From a virus, in IMG/VR virus record IMGVR_UViG_3300045988_180522: 64,000 bases of DNA. One strand, 5' to 3'. The notes below the pieces were generated by a model. It ran no database searches. It worked only from the letters and a program-made list of their open reading frames with translations, and was not told the DNA's origin. The first letter of the stretch is position 1; each line of letters begins with the position of its first letter. Positions 38,139 to 46,719 of this stretch are shown one piece after another. The position numbers and the translations under genes were made by a program.

Positions 38139-38525
38139 TTAGTCTACTGTTAAGGTCAGAATAGGAGAATTTCCTTCCCCTTGATCATACAATGTATAGA
38201 TCTCCTCTCCTTCCACCTCAAACAACCCAATCATGGGTCTTGCCGGGGCTTTTCCAGTTTCAATGATATGCTGTTGCACCTTATTGGCAACAGCCCCTGT
38301 CACATTTCCATCCTCAGTTCTAAAGGACAGGAATAAATTAGGCTGGCCTGTAATCTCATTAATCTTCTGAGGGTTCGGAACTACATCCAATCCACCCTTC
38401 ACTTCGAACTCCTCCAGGAACTCCTCCACAGTCCATGATTTTTTACATACCTCATTAAAGGTCCGTCCGTCACGTACATTCACATTGCTTTTACTGCCTT
38501 TTGATTTTCTTACTAAAGTTGCCAT
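38139..38525 (-). CDS. Hypothetical protein (128 aa), monocistronic unit in the intergenic region
   Basis: ORF with its own downstream terminator and an unusual G/C-tract plus A-tract upstream region. Confidence 0.5.
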   Translation of the reverse strand: MATLVRKSKGSKSNVNVRDGRTFNEVCKKSWTVEEFLEEFEVKGGLDVVPNPQKINEITGQPNLFLSFRTEDGNVTGAVANKVQQHIIETGKAPARPMIGLFEVEGEEIYTLYDQGEGNSPILTLTVD

Positions 38526-38607
38526 AATTTGATAGTTTTAAATTGTTGAACATCAGCACAATGAACTCCGGGAATTCCATACCCCCAGTACTACCCACCA
38601 TGCCATA

Positions 38608-38740
38608 GGAGGGGGAGGGTTAGGGTGGTTATCTCCCTCCCCTACAAATAAAAATTAAAAAAAAAATTATCACCCCCTCCCACAAATAAAAAAAATAAAT
38701 TTTTTATCTCCCCCAATAAAAAAAATAATAAAAAAAATTT
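38608..38740. repeat. G-rich block followed by three ~37-bp degenerate tandem repeats (TATC-T/A-CCC-C-TCCC-ACAAATAAAAA...A8-10)
   Basis: GGAGGGGGAGGGTTAGGGTGG sits at 38609-38629. The repeat units start at about 38630, 38668 and 38705, each pairing a C-tract with a long A-tract. Confidence 0.6.
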
Positions 38741-39092
38741 CTGTTCTCTACAGCTTTCAGCTTCTCAGGTTATCATAGTTTTGACTTGTAGTATGGTAAG
38801 GTTGTGAAGAAAAGTTTGTATATATAACAGTAAGGCAAGTCTAAGGTAGTGAAGTATTTTTGGTATATTATAATATTCGGGCAGACTGATTTGGTTTACC
38901 TGTATATAAAGGAAAGGTCCCGTCTGGAATGAGATCAGGCGGGACTGTGGGAAAATGTGTGATTTTTGAAGTGTCCTGTGGTTATTGTAGCAGGTCCTCA
39001 GGACATGTGGTGTATTTATGAGTACTGCAAATATAGGTATTTTATTTCAATCTGCAAATACTTTGATGTAAGGGGGCCGGGAGATGGGATAA

Positions 39093-39425
39093 TTATGAGA
39101 CAGATCCCACAACAAACCATCTGAGTGTATTTGCTGCGGAGCCGTATTTATAGAGGGTCAGTATATTGGTGGATATTGCTCTTACATATGCTACATATGC
39201 TCCTTCATTGACAGGGTGTTGCACGCATACTACGGCATTATATACTCTGGCTAGTGTTTTTGGCAGTGTAACTGATACCTGTTGTGATCCTGATGACACT
39301 GATATGGATCCCCATTCTAAGCATATACCATTCGGTAGTACTGTATATCCGGTTCCTGTAGCTAATTGCTGAAACTGGTTTTGTACCAGTTTAGGTACGT
39401 CACTTGATGTAATAAATTCTGCCAT
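39093..39425 (-). CDS. Small beta-rich protein beginning MAEFIT (110 aa), gp53-like tail-fibre-associated C-terminal-domain type; paralog of the poly-G-interrupted gene at 59062-59396
   Basis: MAEFITSS...TGTGYTVLPNGICLEWGSISV parallels MAEFITEA...TGNMTAVVSFPKTF of the 59062/59148 pair. Confidence 0.5.
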   Translation of the reverse strand: MAEFITSSDVPKLVQNQFQQLATGTGYTVLPNGICLEWGSISVSSGSQQVSVTLPKTLARVYNAVVCVQHPVNEGAYVAYVRAISTNILTLYKYGSAANTLRWFVVGSVS

Positions 39426-39725
39426 AGTTACATATTGTTTATCAGGGGTCTAAAATAAAAAAAAACTCTGCATTTCAAAGTTTCTCTATTAATTATTCCA
39501 CCTCCTGGCCCACCGAGCGAAGCGAGGTTATAGAAACAGGGAAGGCAGGTTTATATCAGAGAGTTATTACTGTTGGTTATACCAGGATGAAATATAGTTA
39601 TATACTGAATAATTCCGGAATTTTATCAGGAAAGTTCTGTTAGGATAGAAAAGATAAGAAGGAACAGCTATTAAAATATAATGTAAGAATGTGATTGTTA
39701 AGAGGTTAGCTATATAAAGTTTTTA

Positions 39726-39776
39726 GGTATATCATATAGCTTGCTGGGTATATCCTGATGAAATCTTGGTATATCC
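39726..39776. promoter_or_regulatory. Three direct repeats GGTATATC(C/A) phased at exactly 21 bp (iteron-like)
   Basis: Copies lie at 39726, 39747 and 39768. Confidence 0.5.
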
Positions 39777-40061
39777 TAAAAGAGTCTAGGATTTTACCAG
39801 GAGATTCTAATTTTCTTAGATAAAGTCTATGATTTCACTAGGAAATATACTTATCAATTTTTGCGTATGTGAAGGATCCGGAGATAATTACATTTTTGTA
39901 GCTATTAGATACATCGTGTAATTATTGGCTACAAAAATGTATCTACAGTTCATATATAAATTAGAATTCTCAGATAGATAAAATAGGATATTAATAATTA
40001 GATAAGAATAAGGAAAATGAGAATATATGTCTTTGTATATCAAGCTGTTATATTAAAATAT

Positions 40062-40098
40062 AACTCACTATATAGTGTTTTCAACTCACTATATAGTG
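40062..40098. promoter_or_regulatory. Two copies of AACTCACTATATAGTG, each containing the perfect 12-bp palindrome CACTATATAGTG, centre-to-centre 21 bp (operator-like)
   Basis: Copies lie at 40062-40077 and 40083-40098, about 130 bp upstream of the first + strand late-block gene. Confidence 0.55.
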
Positions 40099-40225
40099 AG
40101 GAAGGCTTCTCATATAATGGTATAGGCTCACTTTTTTATTGAGAATATAGAATTTTTTTTCTTAATATTTTTGTTAGGATTACTTTTAAAACATATCTTT
40201 GTGCTTAGTATAACTAATAAATACA

Positions 40226-40741
40226 GTGAGAATGGAGACAAGAAAACAACTTGGAAGAAGGATAACAAGAGAGATCATAGATAATAATACTGGTGAAGTA
40301 CTTGTATCGGAAGATCTTGTAGTCAAAGTAGGAGATATAGATAAGTTTATAATGTTTTTTCTGACTAATAATGATTATTTCTATCACCTTACAGGCACTC
40401 AGATTAAGGTACTTTCTGTATTATGGAAGGAATCCACTTATAAGCAGGGAGATGAAGGGAATATAATCCATAATAATAAAAATTTAAAGACTTCTATAAA
40501 GAGTAAAATGCCATCTATAACAGATGGTATGATAGATAATGTATTCAGTACTCTTAGTAGGCAAAATGTGTTGATAAAAACATGTAAGGGTGAGTATATG
40601 CTGAATCCTGAATATTTTTTCAAGGGGAGACTAAGTGATAGGTCCAAATGCATTAAAAGGGTTGTGGAATTTGTTATTAAGCCTGAATCTATGAAATCCG
40701 TATCTGATGAGGAGTGTTTAAATCTGAATAGTGATCTCTGA
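40226..40741 (+). CDS. Hypothetical protein (171 aa), first gene of the + block; candidate DNA-binding regulator by position
   Basis: ORF immediately downstream of the palindromic operator-like sites. Confidence 0.4.
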   Translation: MRMETRKQLGRRITREIIDNNTGEVLVSEDLVVKVGDIDKFIMFFLTNNDYFYHLTGTQIKVLSVLWKESTYKQGDEGNIIHNNKNLKTSIKSKMPSITDGMIDNVFSTLSRQNVLIKTCKGEYMLNPEYFFKGRLSDRSKCIKRVVEFVIKPESMKSVSDEECLNLNSDL

Positions 40742-40793
40742 TATATAACGGATGTGAGTAGTAGAATGTTTTCTAAGTAATTAAAATTTAAAT

Positions 40794-42290
40794 ATGAAGG
40801 AAAGAGTAAACACAAAAGATGCAAGAGAGAAGCTTCTTGAAGGAGTAAGTATATTATCTGAGGCAGTATCACTGACCCTTGGTCCGTCAGGGAATACTGT
40901 GGTCATTACTGATGGGGACGGATCTCCTCATGTTACCAAGGATGGGGCTACTGTAGCACAGGCAGTGAGTGACCCTGATCCTGAGGTTAACTGTGGTATT
41001 GAGCTGGTAAGGCAGGCAGCCGTAAAGACAGCCAAGGAGGCAGGGGATGGTACTACCACTTCTACTGTACTGGCCAATGCTTTTATACATAATCTGAAGG
41101 ATTATGATCCTGTAGAAGCTTGTAAGGCGCTTGACTTCGTCACTTCGATGGTATCTGAGCTTATTTCACAGAAATCTGTAAAGATTGTAAGGAATATGGA
41201 TATGGTGGAAGGAGTGGCTACCATATCTGCAAACAATGATGGTACTATAGGCAGATATATCCGTGAAGCTTATGAGAAGACAGGGATGGGGGTGAATATT
41301 ATGCTTCTTGAAGGATTTGATGACAAGACTGTGGTATCTACCACAAAGGGGATAAAATTTGATAAGGGATATGAGTCTATAAGGTTTGTCAATAATCAGG
41401 ATAAGGGGGCCTTCGAGATATCAGACTGTGATGTGGTATTATTTGAGAATCCCCTGTGTGTATCTCAGGATATATTACAGGAGTACAGGCTTGATAAAGC
41501 TGTTCCTGTGCTCATCATAGGTCCTTCATTCTCAAGTGAGGTAATCAATTTCGGTATTTCTGCAAGAAGGTCAGGATATTCCGTATGTATGGTTCAGGCA
41601 GAGGGATGGGGGGATTCCCAGAGGGAGCATATCAGGGATATAGCAGCCCTTATATGTCCTGTATACAGTGAAGATATCAGCTATTACGGAAGGGTTGATA
41701 AGGTAATTGTCGATTCTATGTCTACTACCATCATAGGAGGCAAAGGCCATCCATCTTCTTATATTGCCAGCCTCCGGGCCCGGGCCGGAAACAGTGATGT
41801 GGAGGACCATAAGAACAGTCTTCTGGAAAGGGCATCTATACTGGAGAATGGTACTTGTTCCATTACTGTGGGAGCTAAGACTGAAGCAGAGCTGAAAGAG
41901 AAAATGGACAGGTATGATGATGCTGTGAGAGCTGTAAAATCAGCTGTAGAGGAAGGAGTATTGCCTGGAGGAGGAATTGCCCTGAGCAGAATTTCCGATG
42001 AGATCATGGAAAAAACGGAGACAGCAGGGGCCAGGAGGGATGCATTATTATGCTTGCATTCTGTAAGGGACAAGCTGTGTGAGATGTGTGGCATATCATG
42101 GTCATATGATGTAAATCAGGATTTCTTCACAGGATATGATTTCAGGAGAGGGAAAGAGGTGAACTGTCTGGAGGAAGGTATTCTGGATCCTGCAAAGGTA
42201 GAGAGGGTAGCTGTAGAGAATGCTGCCTCCGTAGCCAAGACTATTTTATCGACTAAATGTATAATCAATACCAGGGAGGACAGGTTATGA
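40794..42290 (+). CDS. groL: GroEL-family chaperonin (Cpn60), 498 aa
   Basis: LTLGPSGNTVVI aligns with VTLGPKGRNVVL, VTKDGATVAQAV with ITKDGVSVAREI, and AGDGTTTSTVLA with AGDGTTTATVLA. C-terminal LPGGGIALSR and GILDPAKVERVAVENAASVAKTILSTKC also match GroEL. It lacks the GGM tail. Confidence 0.85.
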   Translation: MKERVNTKDAREKLLEGVSILSEAVSLTLGPSGNTVVITDGDGSPHVTKDGATVAQAVSDPDPEVNCGIELVRQAAVKTAKEAGDGTTTSTVLANAFIHNLKDYDPVEACKALDFVTSMVSELISQKSVKIVRNMDMVEGVATISANNDGTIGRYIREAYEKTGMGVNIMLLEGFDDKTVVSTTKGIKFDKGYESIRFVNNQDKGAFEISDCDVVLFENPLCVSQDILQEYRLDKAVPVLIIGPSFSSEVINFGISARRSGYSVCMVQAEGWGDSQREHIRDIAALICPVYSEDISYYGRVDKVIVDSMSTTIIGGKGHPSSYIASLRARAGNSDVEDHKNSLLERASILENGTCSITVGAKTEAELKEKMDRYDDAVRAVKSAVEEGVLPGGGIALSRISDEIMEKTETAGARRDALLCLHSVRDKLCEMCGISWSYDVNQDFFTGYDFRRGKEVNCLEEGILDPAKVERVAVENAASVAKTILSTKCIINTREDRL

Positions 42291-42712
42291 AAAGGATAGT
42301 GAAAGTATTATTATGGATATGGCAGCTTCCCCAGAATGTACTCGGGATCCTGTTCATGCTCATTTTCTACAGGCCGTGGCACAGGCACTCTATAGCCTGT
42401 GTTGTGAAGGGTACTGCTGTAATCATACATTTTTTATGGTCGGAAAAGATGAAGGGAGGAGTAACTCTCGGTGAATATATATTTGTATATGGGAAAGACT
42501 TATATCATATAAGATCAGGATATACGGATATGGTAATAAAGCATGAATACGGTCATGTAAGGCAGTCCAGAATGCTTGGCCCCTTATATCTGATTGTCAT
42601 AGGTATTCCGTCATTACTGCATGCAGCAGTACATGACAGTCTGTGCAGGAATAAGGATTACAAGCATTTTTACACAGAAAAGTGGGCTGATAAGCTTGCC
42701 GGATTGAAATAA
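42287..42712 (+). CDS. Small membrane protein with HExxH zinc-metallopeptidase-like motif (141 aa)
   Basis: Its ATG overlaps the groL stop (ATGA). It has an N-terminal TM helix and KHEYGHVRQS. Confidence 0.45.
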   Translation: MKRIVKVLLWIWQLPQNVLGILFMLIFYRPWHRHSIACVVKGTAVIIHFLWSEKMKGGVTLGEYIFVYGKDLYHIRSGYTDMVIKHEYGHVRQSRMLGPLYLIVIGIPSLLHAAVHDSLCRNKDYKHFYTEKWADKLAGLK

Positions 42713-42787
42713 TCATTATATTTGCTGTGGATTTGTCATTTTCTATAAAAATCCATCATCTTGATTTATTTAAAAATATGTGAGTGA

Positions 42788-42818
42788 GCCACAGTCTTAT
42801 GACTGTGGTTTCATTTTT
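42788..42818 (+). terminator. Intrinsic terminator after the GroEL/HExxH operon
   Basis: GCCACAGTC-TTAT-GACTGTGGT forms a 9-bp stem followed by TTCATTTTT. Confidence 0.65.
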
Positions 42819-42912
42819 CCTCATATACTGTTATCCCGGTATAAATATTTTATTTATATTTGCATGTAGTAAATTGAATTAGTGATTAGTGGAGGGCCCT
42901 TAAGGGCTCTTT

Positions 42913-42985
42913 GGCCTGGTAACTCAATGCATAGAGTGACTCCGTCCTAAGGAGTAAGTTGCGGGTTGGAGTCCCGCCCGGGCCA
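42913..42985 (+). tRNA. tRNA-Arg (anticodon CCU), 73 nt
   Basis: By hand folding, the acceptor stem GGCCTGG pairs with CCGGGCC, the D stem ACTC with GAGT, and the anticodon stem ACTCC with GGAGT around loop GTCCTAA (U33, CCT, A37). The T stem GCGGG pairs with CCCGC around loop TTGGAGT, and the discriminator is A. The D-loop lacks GG and the T-loop has G56, consistent with a covarying C19-G56 pair. Confidence 0.7.
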
Positions 42986-43003
42986 CTGGTAAAAGTAAGA
43001 TAT

Positions 43004-43195
43004 ATGAAAGAGATGACTAAGGAAAAATGGATTATGTTTGTGGTTATAGTATCTGTACTTGCTATTATAGCCGGATTTGCAAAGTTATGTCCTTTCTGGG
43101 TTACCTTATCTGTGATCCTGTCCATGATCATAGGCTTTAATGCAGGATGGGTTTTCAGGAAATGGTATAGTGAAAATGTACACAATAATAAATAG
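43004..43195 (+). CDS. Small two-TM membrane protein (63 aa)
   Basis: MKEMTKEKWIMFVVIVSVLAIIAGFAKLCPFWVTLSVILSMIIGF. The longer ORF-track version (from 42959) would overlap the tRNA. Confidence 0.45.
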   Translation: MKEMTKEKWIMFVVIVSVLAIIAGFAKLCPFWVTLSVILSMIIGFNAGWVFRKWYSENVHNNK

Positions 43196-43203
43196 ATACA
43201 GTT

Positions 43204-43653
43204 ATGGAAATTATAGGAGACTTCGAACTGCCCGGAGATATAGAGAAATCCACCATCTCCCGGCCCTATGACATCAAAACATACCTCAACAGAATTGAAG
43301 GATACAAAACAAAGATCAAAAACCTCCACTGGTCTGTAAAGCTTCTCCCCTATATTGAGAAGAATGAGCTACATGAACATCTGGACGAACTTCTTGACCT
43401 GGTTTCTGACTATGAGGATGTGGTAGCAGAAAATTATATGGGAACTTTCGGGGTTCTTCCTCTTGGATTCCTTTCAGGTGTGCAGCCTGAAACAAATGAC
43501 CCTCTTGAACTTATTGATAAGATCAGGACAGATCTTGAAGGATTTCATTCTGCTTATTCTTCTGATCTGAAATACATAGGTATTATCAATGCTACTGAGG
43601 ATCTGTTACAGGAACTTCCGGTTAAAAAATACCTGATAGACCAATGCAAGTAG
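43204..43653 (+). CDS. Hypothetical protein (149 aa)
   Basis: ORF in the + strand block. Confidence 0.5.
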   Translation: MEIIGDFELPGDIEKSTISRPYDIKTYLNRIEGYKTKIKNLHWSVKLLPYIEKNELHEHLDELLDLVSDYEDVVAENYMGTFGVLPLGFLSGVQPETNDPLELIDKIRTDLEGFHSAYSSDLKYIGIINATEDLLQELPVKKYLIDQCK

Positions 43654-44039
43654 GATATCTGGAGGATACACGGTATATAATAGAATATGAAGTAGCTTCA
43701 AAGTCAAGGTACTACGGGGTGAAGTTGTCATATAAGGAGTCATGCACTGAACCTGTATCCTGTGAAGATCATGTTCTGTATACATGGACAATATACGCCA
43801 GTGTTCCGTATGACAGTACACAGAAAGTACCGGATTATAAAAAGCTCATGCCTGGTGATGTAAAGATAGAGGGAGATGTTGCAGTATGTGAACTTATACA
43901 GGTTACCACTGCCTGTGAGGGAACTGACACAGTATCTGCTTCTGACGGGACATACAGGTCCATACATCTTAATCTGAGAAGGGGTATAGACATGTACCTT
44001 GTAAACAGGCTGAAAAACTATGCGGGAATAAAGTACTAA
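43644..44039 (+). CDS. Hypothetical protein (131 aa)
   Basis: ORF followed by a terminator. Confidence 0.5.
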   Translation: MQVGYLEDTRYIIEYEVASKSRYYGVKLSYKESCTEPVSCEDHVLYTWTIYASVPYDSTQKVPDYKKLMPGDVKIEGDVAVCELIQVTTACEGTDTVSASDGTYRSIHLNLRRGIDMYLVNRLKNYAGIKY

Positions 44040-44064
44040 CCTTCATGATGTATAAATCTGACAG

Positions 44065-44095
44065 GAGCATAAAGATTTCTTTATGCTCTTGTTGT
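44065..44095 (+). terminator. Intrinsic terminator
   Basis: GAGCATAAAG-ATTT-CTTTATGCTC forms a 10-bp stem followed by TTGTTGT. Confidence 0.6.
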
Positions 44096-44141
44096 ATATA
44101 TTATTTATATGGTATATATTTGTGTGGTTAATCTATAGTAT

Positions 44142-44294
44142 ATGGATAAGAATATTTTATACAGGATAGTTGCTTTCGATACTCTGAGAGGCTTGGAAGA
44201 TTATCTTAACGCCAACAGTATTGACAGGGGATCTATTGTTTCGATACTTCCTAATGGAGGACAGTATATTCTTATATGGCTGAGGAACATATAA
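44142..44294 (+). CDS. Small hypothetical protein (50 aa)
   Basis: MDKNILYRIVAFDTLRGLEDYLNANSIDRGSIVSILPNGGQYILIWLRNI. Below the ORF-track size cutoff. Confidence 0.35.
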   Translation: MDKNILYRIVAFDTLRGLEDYLNANSIDRGSIVSILPNGGQYILIWLRNI

Positions 44295-44297
44295 ACT

Positions 44298-44513
44298 GTG
44301 GTTCTGATGGATACTGAAAATGAAGATAAGGTATATTATTGTGCCGGATGCCTGTCACTGGCTGTTGTGCAGTTTCAGGATCAGGATTATTGCCGTGACT
44401 GCGGAAGTGATGATATAAGGGTAGCCGGGATAGAAGAATGGGAAAAGTTATACAAGGATAAGTATCATAAATGTTTTATAAACCAAAAGAGAAATGAAGG
44501 AAGAAGAAGTTAA
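44298..44513 (+). CDS. Zinc-ribbon protein (71 aa)
   Basis: Has paired CxxC motifs, CAGC...CRDC. Confidence 0.45.
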   Translation: MVLMDTENEDKVYYCAGCLSLAVVQFQDQDYCRDCGSDDIRVAGIEEWEKLYKDKYHKCFINQKRNEGRRS

Positions 44514-44844
44514 AAAAGGTACTCCTGCACTTGGAGTAAGTAAGAAAATGTCATATGAGCAGATGGCTCAGCAGCTTAATACTGCACAGACTATTCTGGA
44601 TCAGCAGGCCGGGCAGTTCCGTGAATTGCAGAACAGATACAATATGGCAGTACGCCGTATTCAGGAACTTGAATACGGGAATGTAGCACTGCGTATCAAA
44701 ACATGTTTTGATGTGCTGGATCATGAATCTCATTTCAGTGTTGACTTTGTAAATGAGTGTGTGAAAGAAATCGAGGAAATTATGACCCCCAAGGCCCCGG
44801 AGGTGGAAGAAGAGGATAAGGAAAATCCGGATGCCGGGGAATAA
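44494..44844 (+). CDS. Hypothetical protein (116 aa)
   Basis: ORF in the + strand block. Confidence 0.45.
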   Translation: MKEEEVKKGTPALGVSKKMSYEQMAQQLNTAQTILDQQAGQFRELQNRYNMAVRRIQELEYGNVALRIKTCFDVLDHESHFSVDFVNECVKEIEEIMTPKAPEVEEEDKENPDAGE

Positions 44845-45217
44845 GAATATTCTCAGTATCCCTGTCAGGCCCCAGGATTTTTTCAGATCCTGGGTTGCTT
44901 TGACAAGGCCTGTACACAAGCTCACAGATACTGAATCGGAGGTATTTGCCTGTTTCCTTAAACACAGGCATGAGCTTAGTAAATCAATCAGTGACCCTGA
45001 CTTGCTGGATAAAGTACTTATGAGTGAGGATGTCAAGAAGAAAATCAGGGAGGAGTGCAATATCAAGGGCCCGCATTTTCAGATGGTCATGGTTAGAATA
45101 AGGAAGAAAAAAGTACTGGTAGGAGGGAAGTTTATAAGACTTCTGATTCCCAATCTTACCGATGAATCACAGCCTTTCGGGCTGACATTTGTTCTTGATA
45201 TACAAAATGCTGGATAA
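44831..45217 (+). CDS. Hypothetical protein (128 aa)
   Basis: ORF in the + strand block. Confidence 0.45.
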   Translation: MPGNKNILSIPVRPQDFFRSWVALTRPVHKLTDTESEVFACFLKHRHELSKSISDPDLLDKVLMSEDVKKKIREECNIKGPHFQMVMVRIRKKKVLVGGKFIRLLIPNLTDESQPFGLTFVLDIQNAG

Positions 45218-45524
45218 ATATATAAAAGAAGCATCGGAGAAATTCGGAGTTCCTGAAAAGGTAGTAAAGGCTGTATGTGATTCTGCTTGCAGGCTGGTTA
45301 AAAGGACTATGAGAGGAGTACATGCAAACCGTGTTCTTAGTGAGGAAGAATTCAGGGCACTCAAGCCATGTGTTAATTTCAGCGGTCTTGGAAAATTATA
45401 TATACCCTATACCAAGTATTCAAATATTAAATCACGCCGATTAGAAAAAGTAAAAAGATATCATGAAAGTATTAAAGAAAGTAACACCGAGATACACGAA
45501 GGTCCTGACCACAGCGAACATTGA
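45189..45524 (+). CDS. Hypothetical protein (111 aa)
   Basis: ORF in the + strand block. Confidence 0.4.
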   Translation: MFLIYKMLDKYIKEASEKFGVPEKVVKAVCDSACRLVKRTMRGVHANRVLSEEEFRALKPCVNFSGLGKLYIPYTKYSNIKSRRLEKVKRYHESIKESNTEIHEGPDHSEH

Positions 45525-45861
45525 AATCCAGAAAGCCTATTTTGCTGGTACGAATGTGGAGGATCCGGGTAAGACAATTACAGGTTATTCTTCTATTCAG
45601 AAAGTAGTAGCCTTAGGTCCGTCATGTACAGGATTGAAAGTAGGGGATCATGTGCTGATAGATTTTTCAAGATATGCCAGACCTGTACAGTCCCAGTCAC
45701 TCCGTAATCATGTGAAGGGGGAAGAATATTCTGTACAGATGTCTTTCAATATTCCGGTAATCATTCTTGATGGTGAGGAATACCTCGACCTCCAGGACAA
45801 TGACATCGTATATATTGTTGATGACTTTGAGGAAGTATCAGAATGTAAATGTGATGCATAA
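45463..45861 (+). CDS. GroES-like co-chaperonin (Cpn10 fold) candidate, 132 aa
   Basis: KVVALGPSC aligns with EVLAVGNGR, TGLKVGDHVLIDF with LDVKVGDIVIFND, and GEEYLDLQDNDIVYIV with NEEVLIMSESDILAIV. Confidence 0.45.
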   Translation: MKVLKKVTPRYTKVLTTANIEIQKAYFAGTNVEDPGKTITGYSSIQKVVALGPSCTGLKVGDHVLIDFSRYARPVQSQSLRNHVKGEEYSVQMSFNIPVIILDGEEYLDLQDNDIVYIVDDFEEVSECKCDA

Positions 45862-46421
45862 TGGAACTTGTCAGGTTTGAAAATTACGGTATTACCATAT
45901 CTCCGGAGGCCTTACTGATAAGGCCTCTTGCTGTATTATGGAAAAGGGATAAAAGTGTAGGAAAAGCAAAAGCCCTGCAAGAGATAGGGTATATTTATTT
46001 TATGTATGATCCTGCCTCGAACTACAGGATGGGAATACCTGATGAAGATGACAGGAAGGAAGAAATTCTCAGGGATTTAGGCCTCCCCCGGACCTGGAAG
46101 CCTGATAATGATGTACAGAAGGCTGTAGATTACTATATCAATATGCCTCATATGAATACAGAGGAAATAAATACACTGGATTCGTTTATGTCCCTTCTGA
46201 TTAAGATCAGGGACCAGTGTAAGAATATAGACTATACAGCATCGGATGATCCTATAAAGGCTATGAAGGATAGTATAGGTCTTATTAAACAGGTTCCGGA
46301 AGTAGTGGAATCCCTGTCAAAAACTAAAAAGTTAATACTGGCCTCTATAGAGGAAGAGGGCCGGAAGAGAGGTAAAACAATGAAAAAGATAGGAGAAGAT
46401 GGGTTCGGTAATTTCGTATGA
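45861..46421 (+). CDS. Hypothetical protein (186 aa)
   Basis: ORF in the + strand block. Confidence 0.45.
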   Translation: MELVRFENYGITISPEALLIRPLAVLWKRDKSVGKAKALQEIGYIYFMYDPASNYRMGIPDEDDRKEEILRDLGLPRTWKPDNDVQKAVDYYINMPHMNTEEINTLDSFMSLLIKIRDQCKNIDYTASDDPIKAMKDSIGLIKQVPEVVESLSKTKKLILASIEEEGRKRGKTMKKIGEDGFGNFV

Positions 46422-46719
46422 TGATCTCAGAAGGATGTCATTCGGGATCAACAGGTATCTTGATTCTATACGTGACAAAGCAGGGAGCCATGAGGAGAGC
46501 AGGATTTTCCTTGGATTTTCTTCATCTGTTAAAAAGGTGGGAGGGATCTCGCTTGGCAGGGAATATGTTATTTCTGTAATGTATAAGGGCCGGGAGGTGA
46601 GTAATATTATTACCAGGGATATGGATAGTGCTCCGGAACTGCTGGTGGAAAAGTTTATAGAACTCACACATGATGAGGATTTTATAAAGGAGGCTGTGTA
46701 TGGGAATAGTGATGAATAA
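46399..46719 (+). CDS. Hypothetical protein (106 aa), possible small terminase subunit by position
   Basis: Lies immediately upstream of and overlapping terL. Confidence 0.3.
   Translation: MGSVISYDDLRRMSFGINRYLDSIRDKAGSHEESRIFLGFSSSVKKVGGISLGREYVISVMYKGREVSNIITRDMDSAPELLVEKFIELTHDEDFIKEAVYGNSDE

Noticed and set aside
42886-43329. Minus-strand 147-aa ORF and plus-strand 78-aa ORF overlapping the tRNA
   Set aside because: Both overlap the tRNA-Arg cloverleaf. The + strand ORF is better explained by a shorter start at 43004 downstream of the tRNA, and the - strand ORF has no support.
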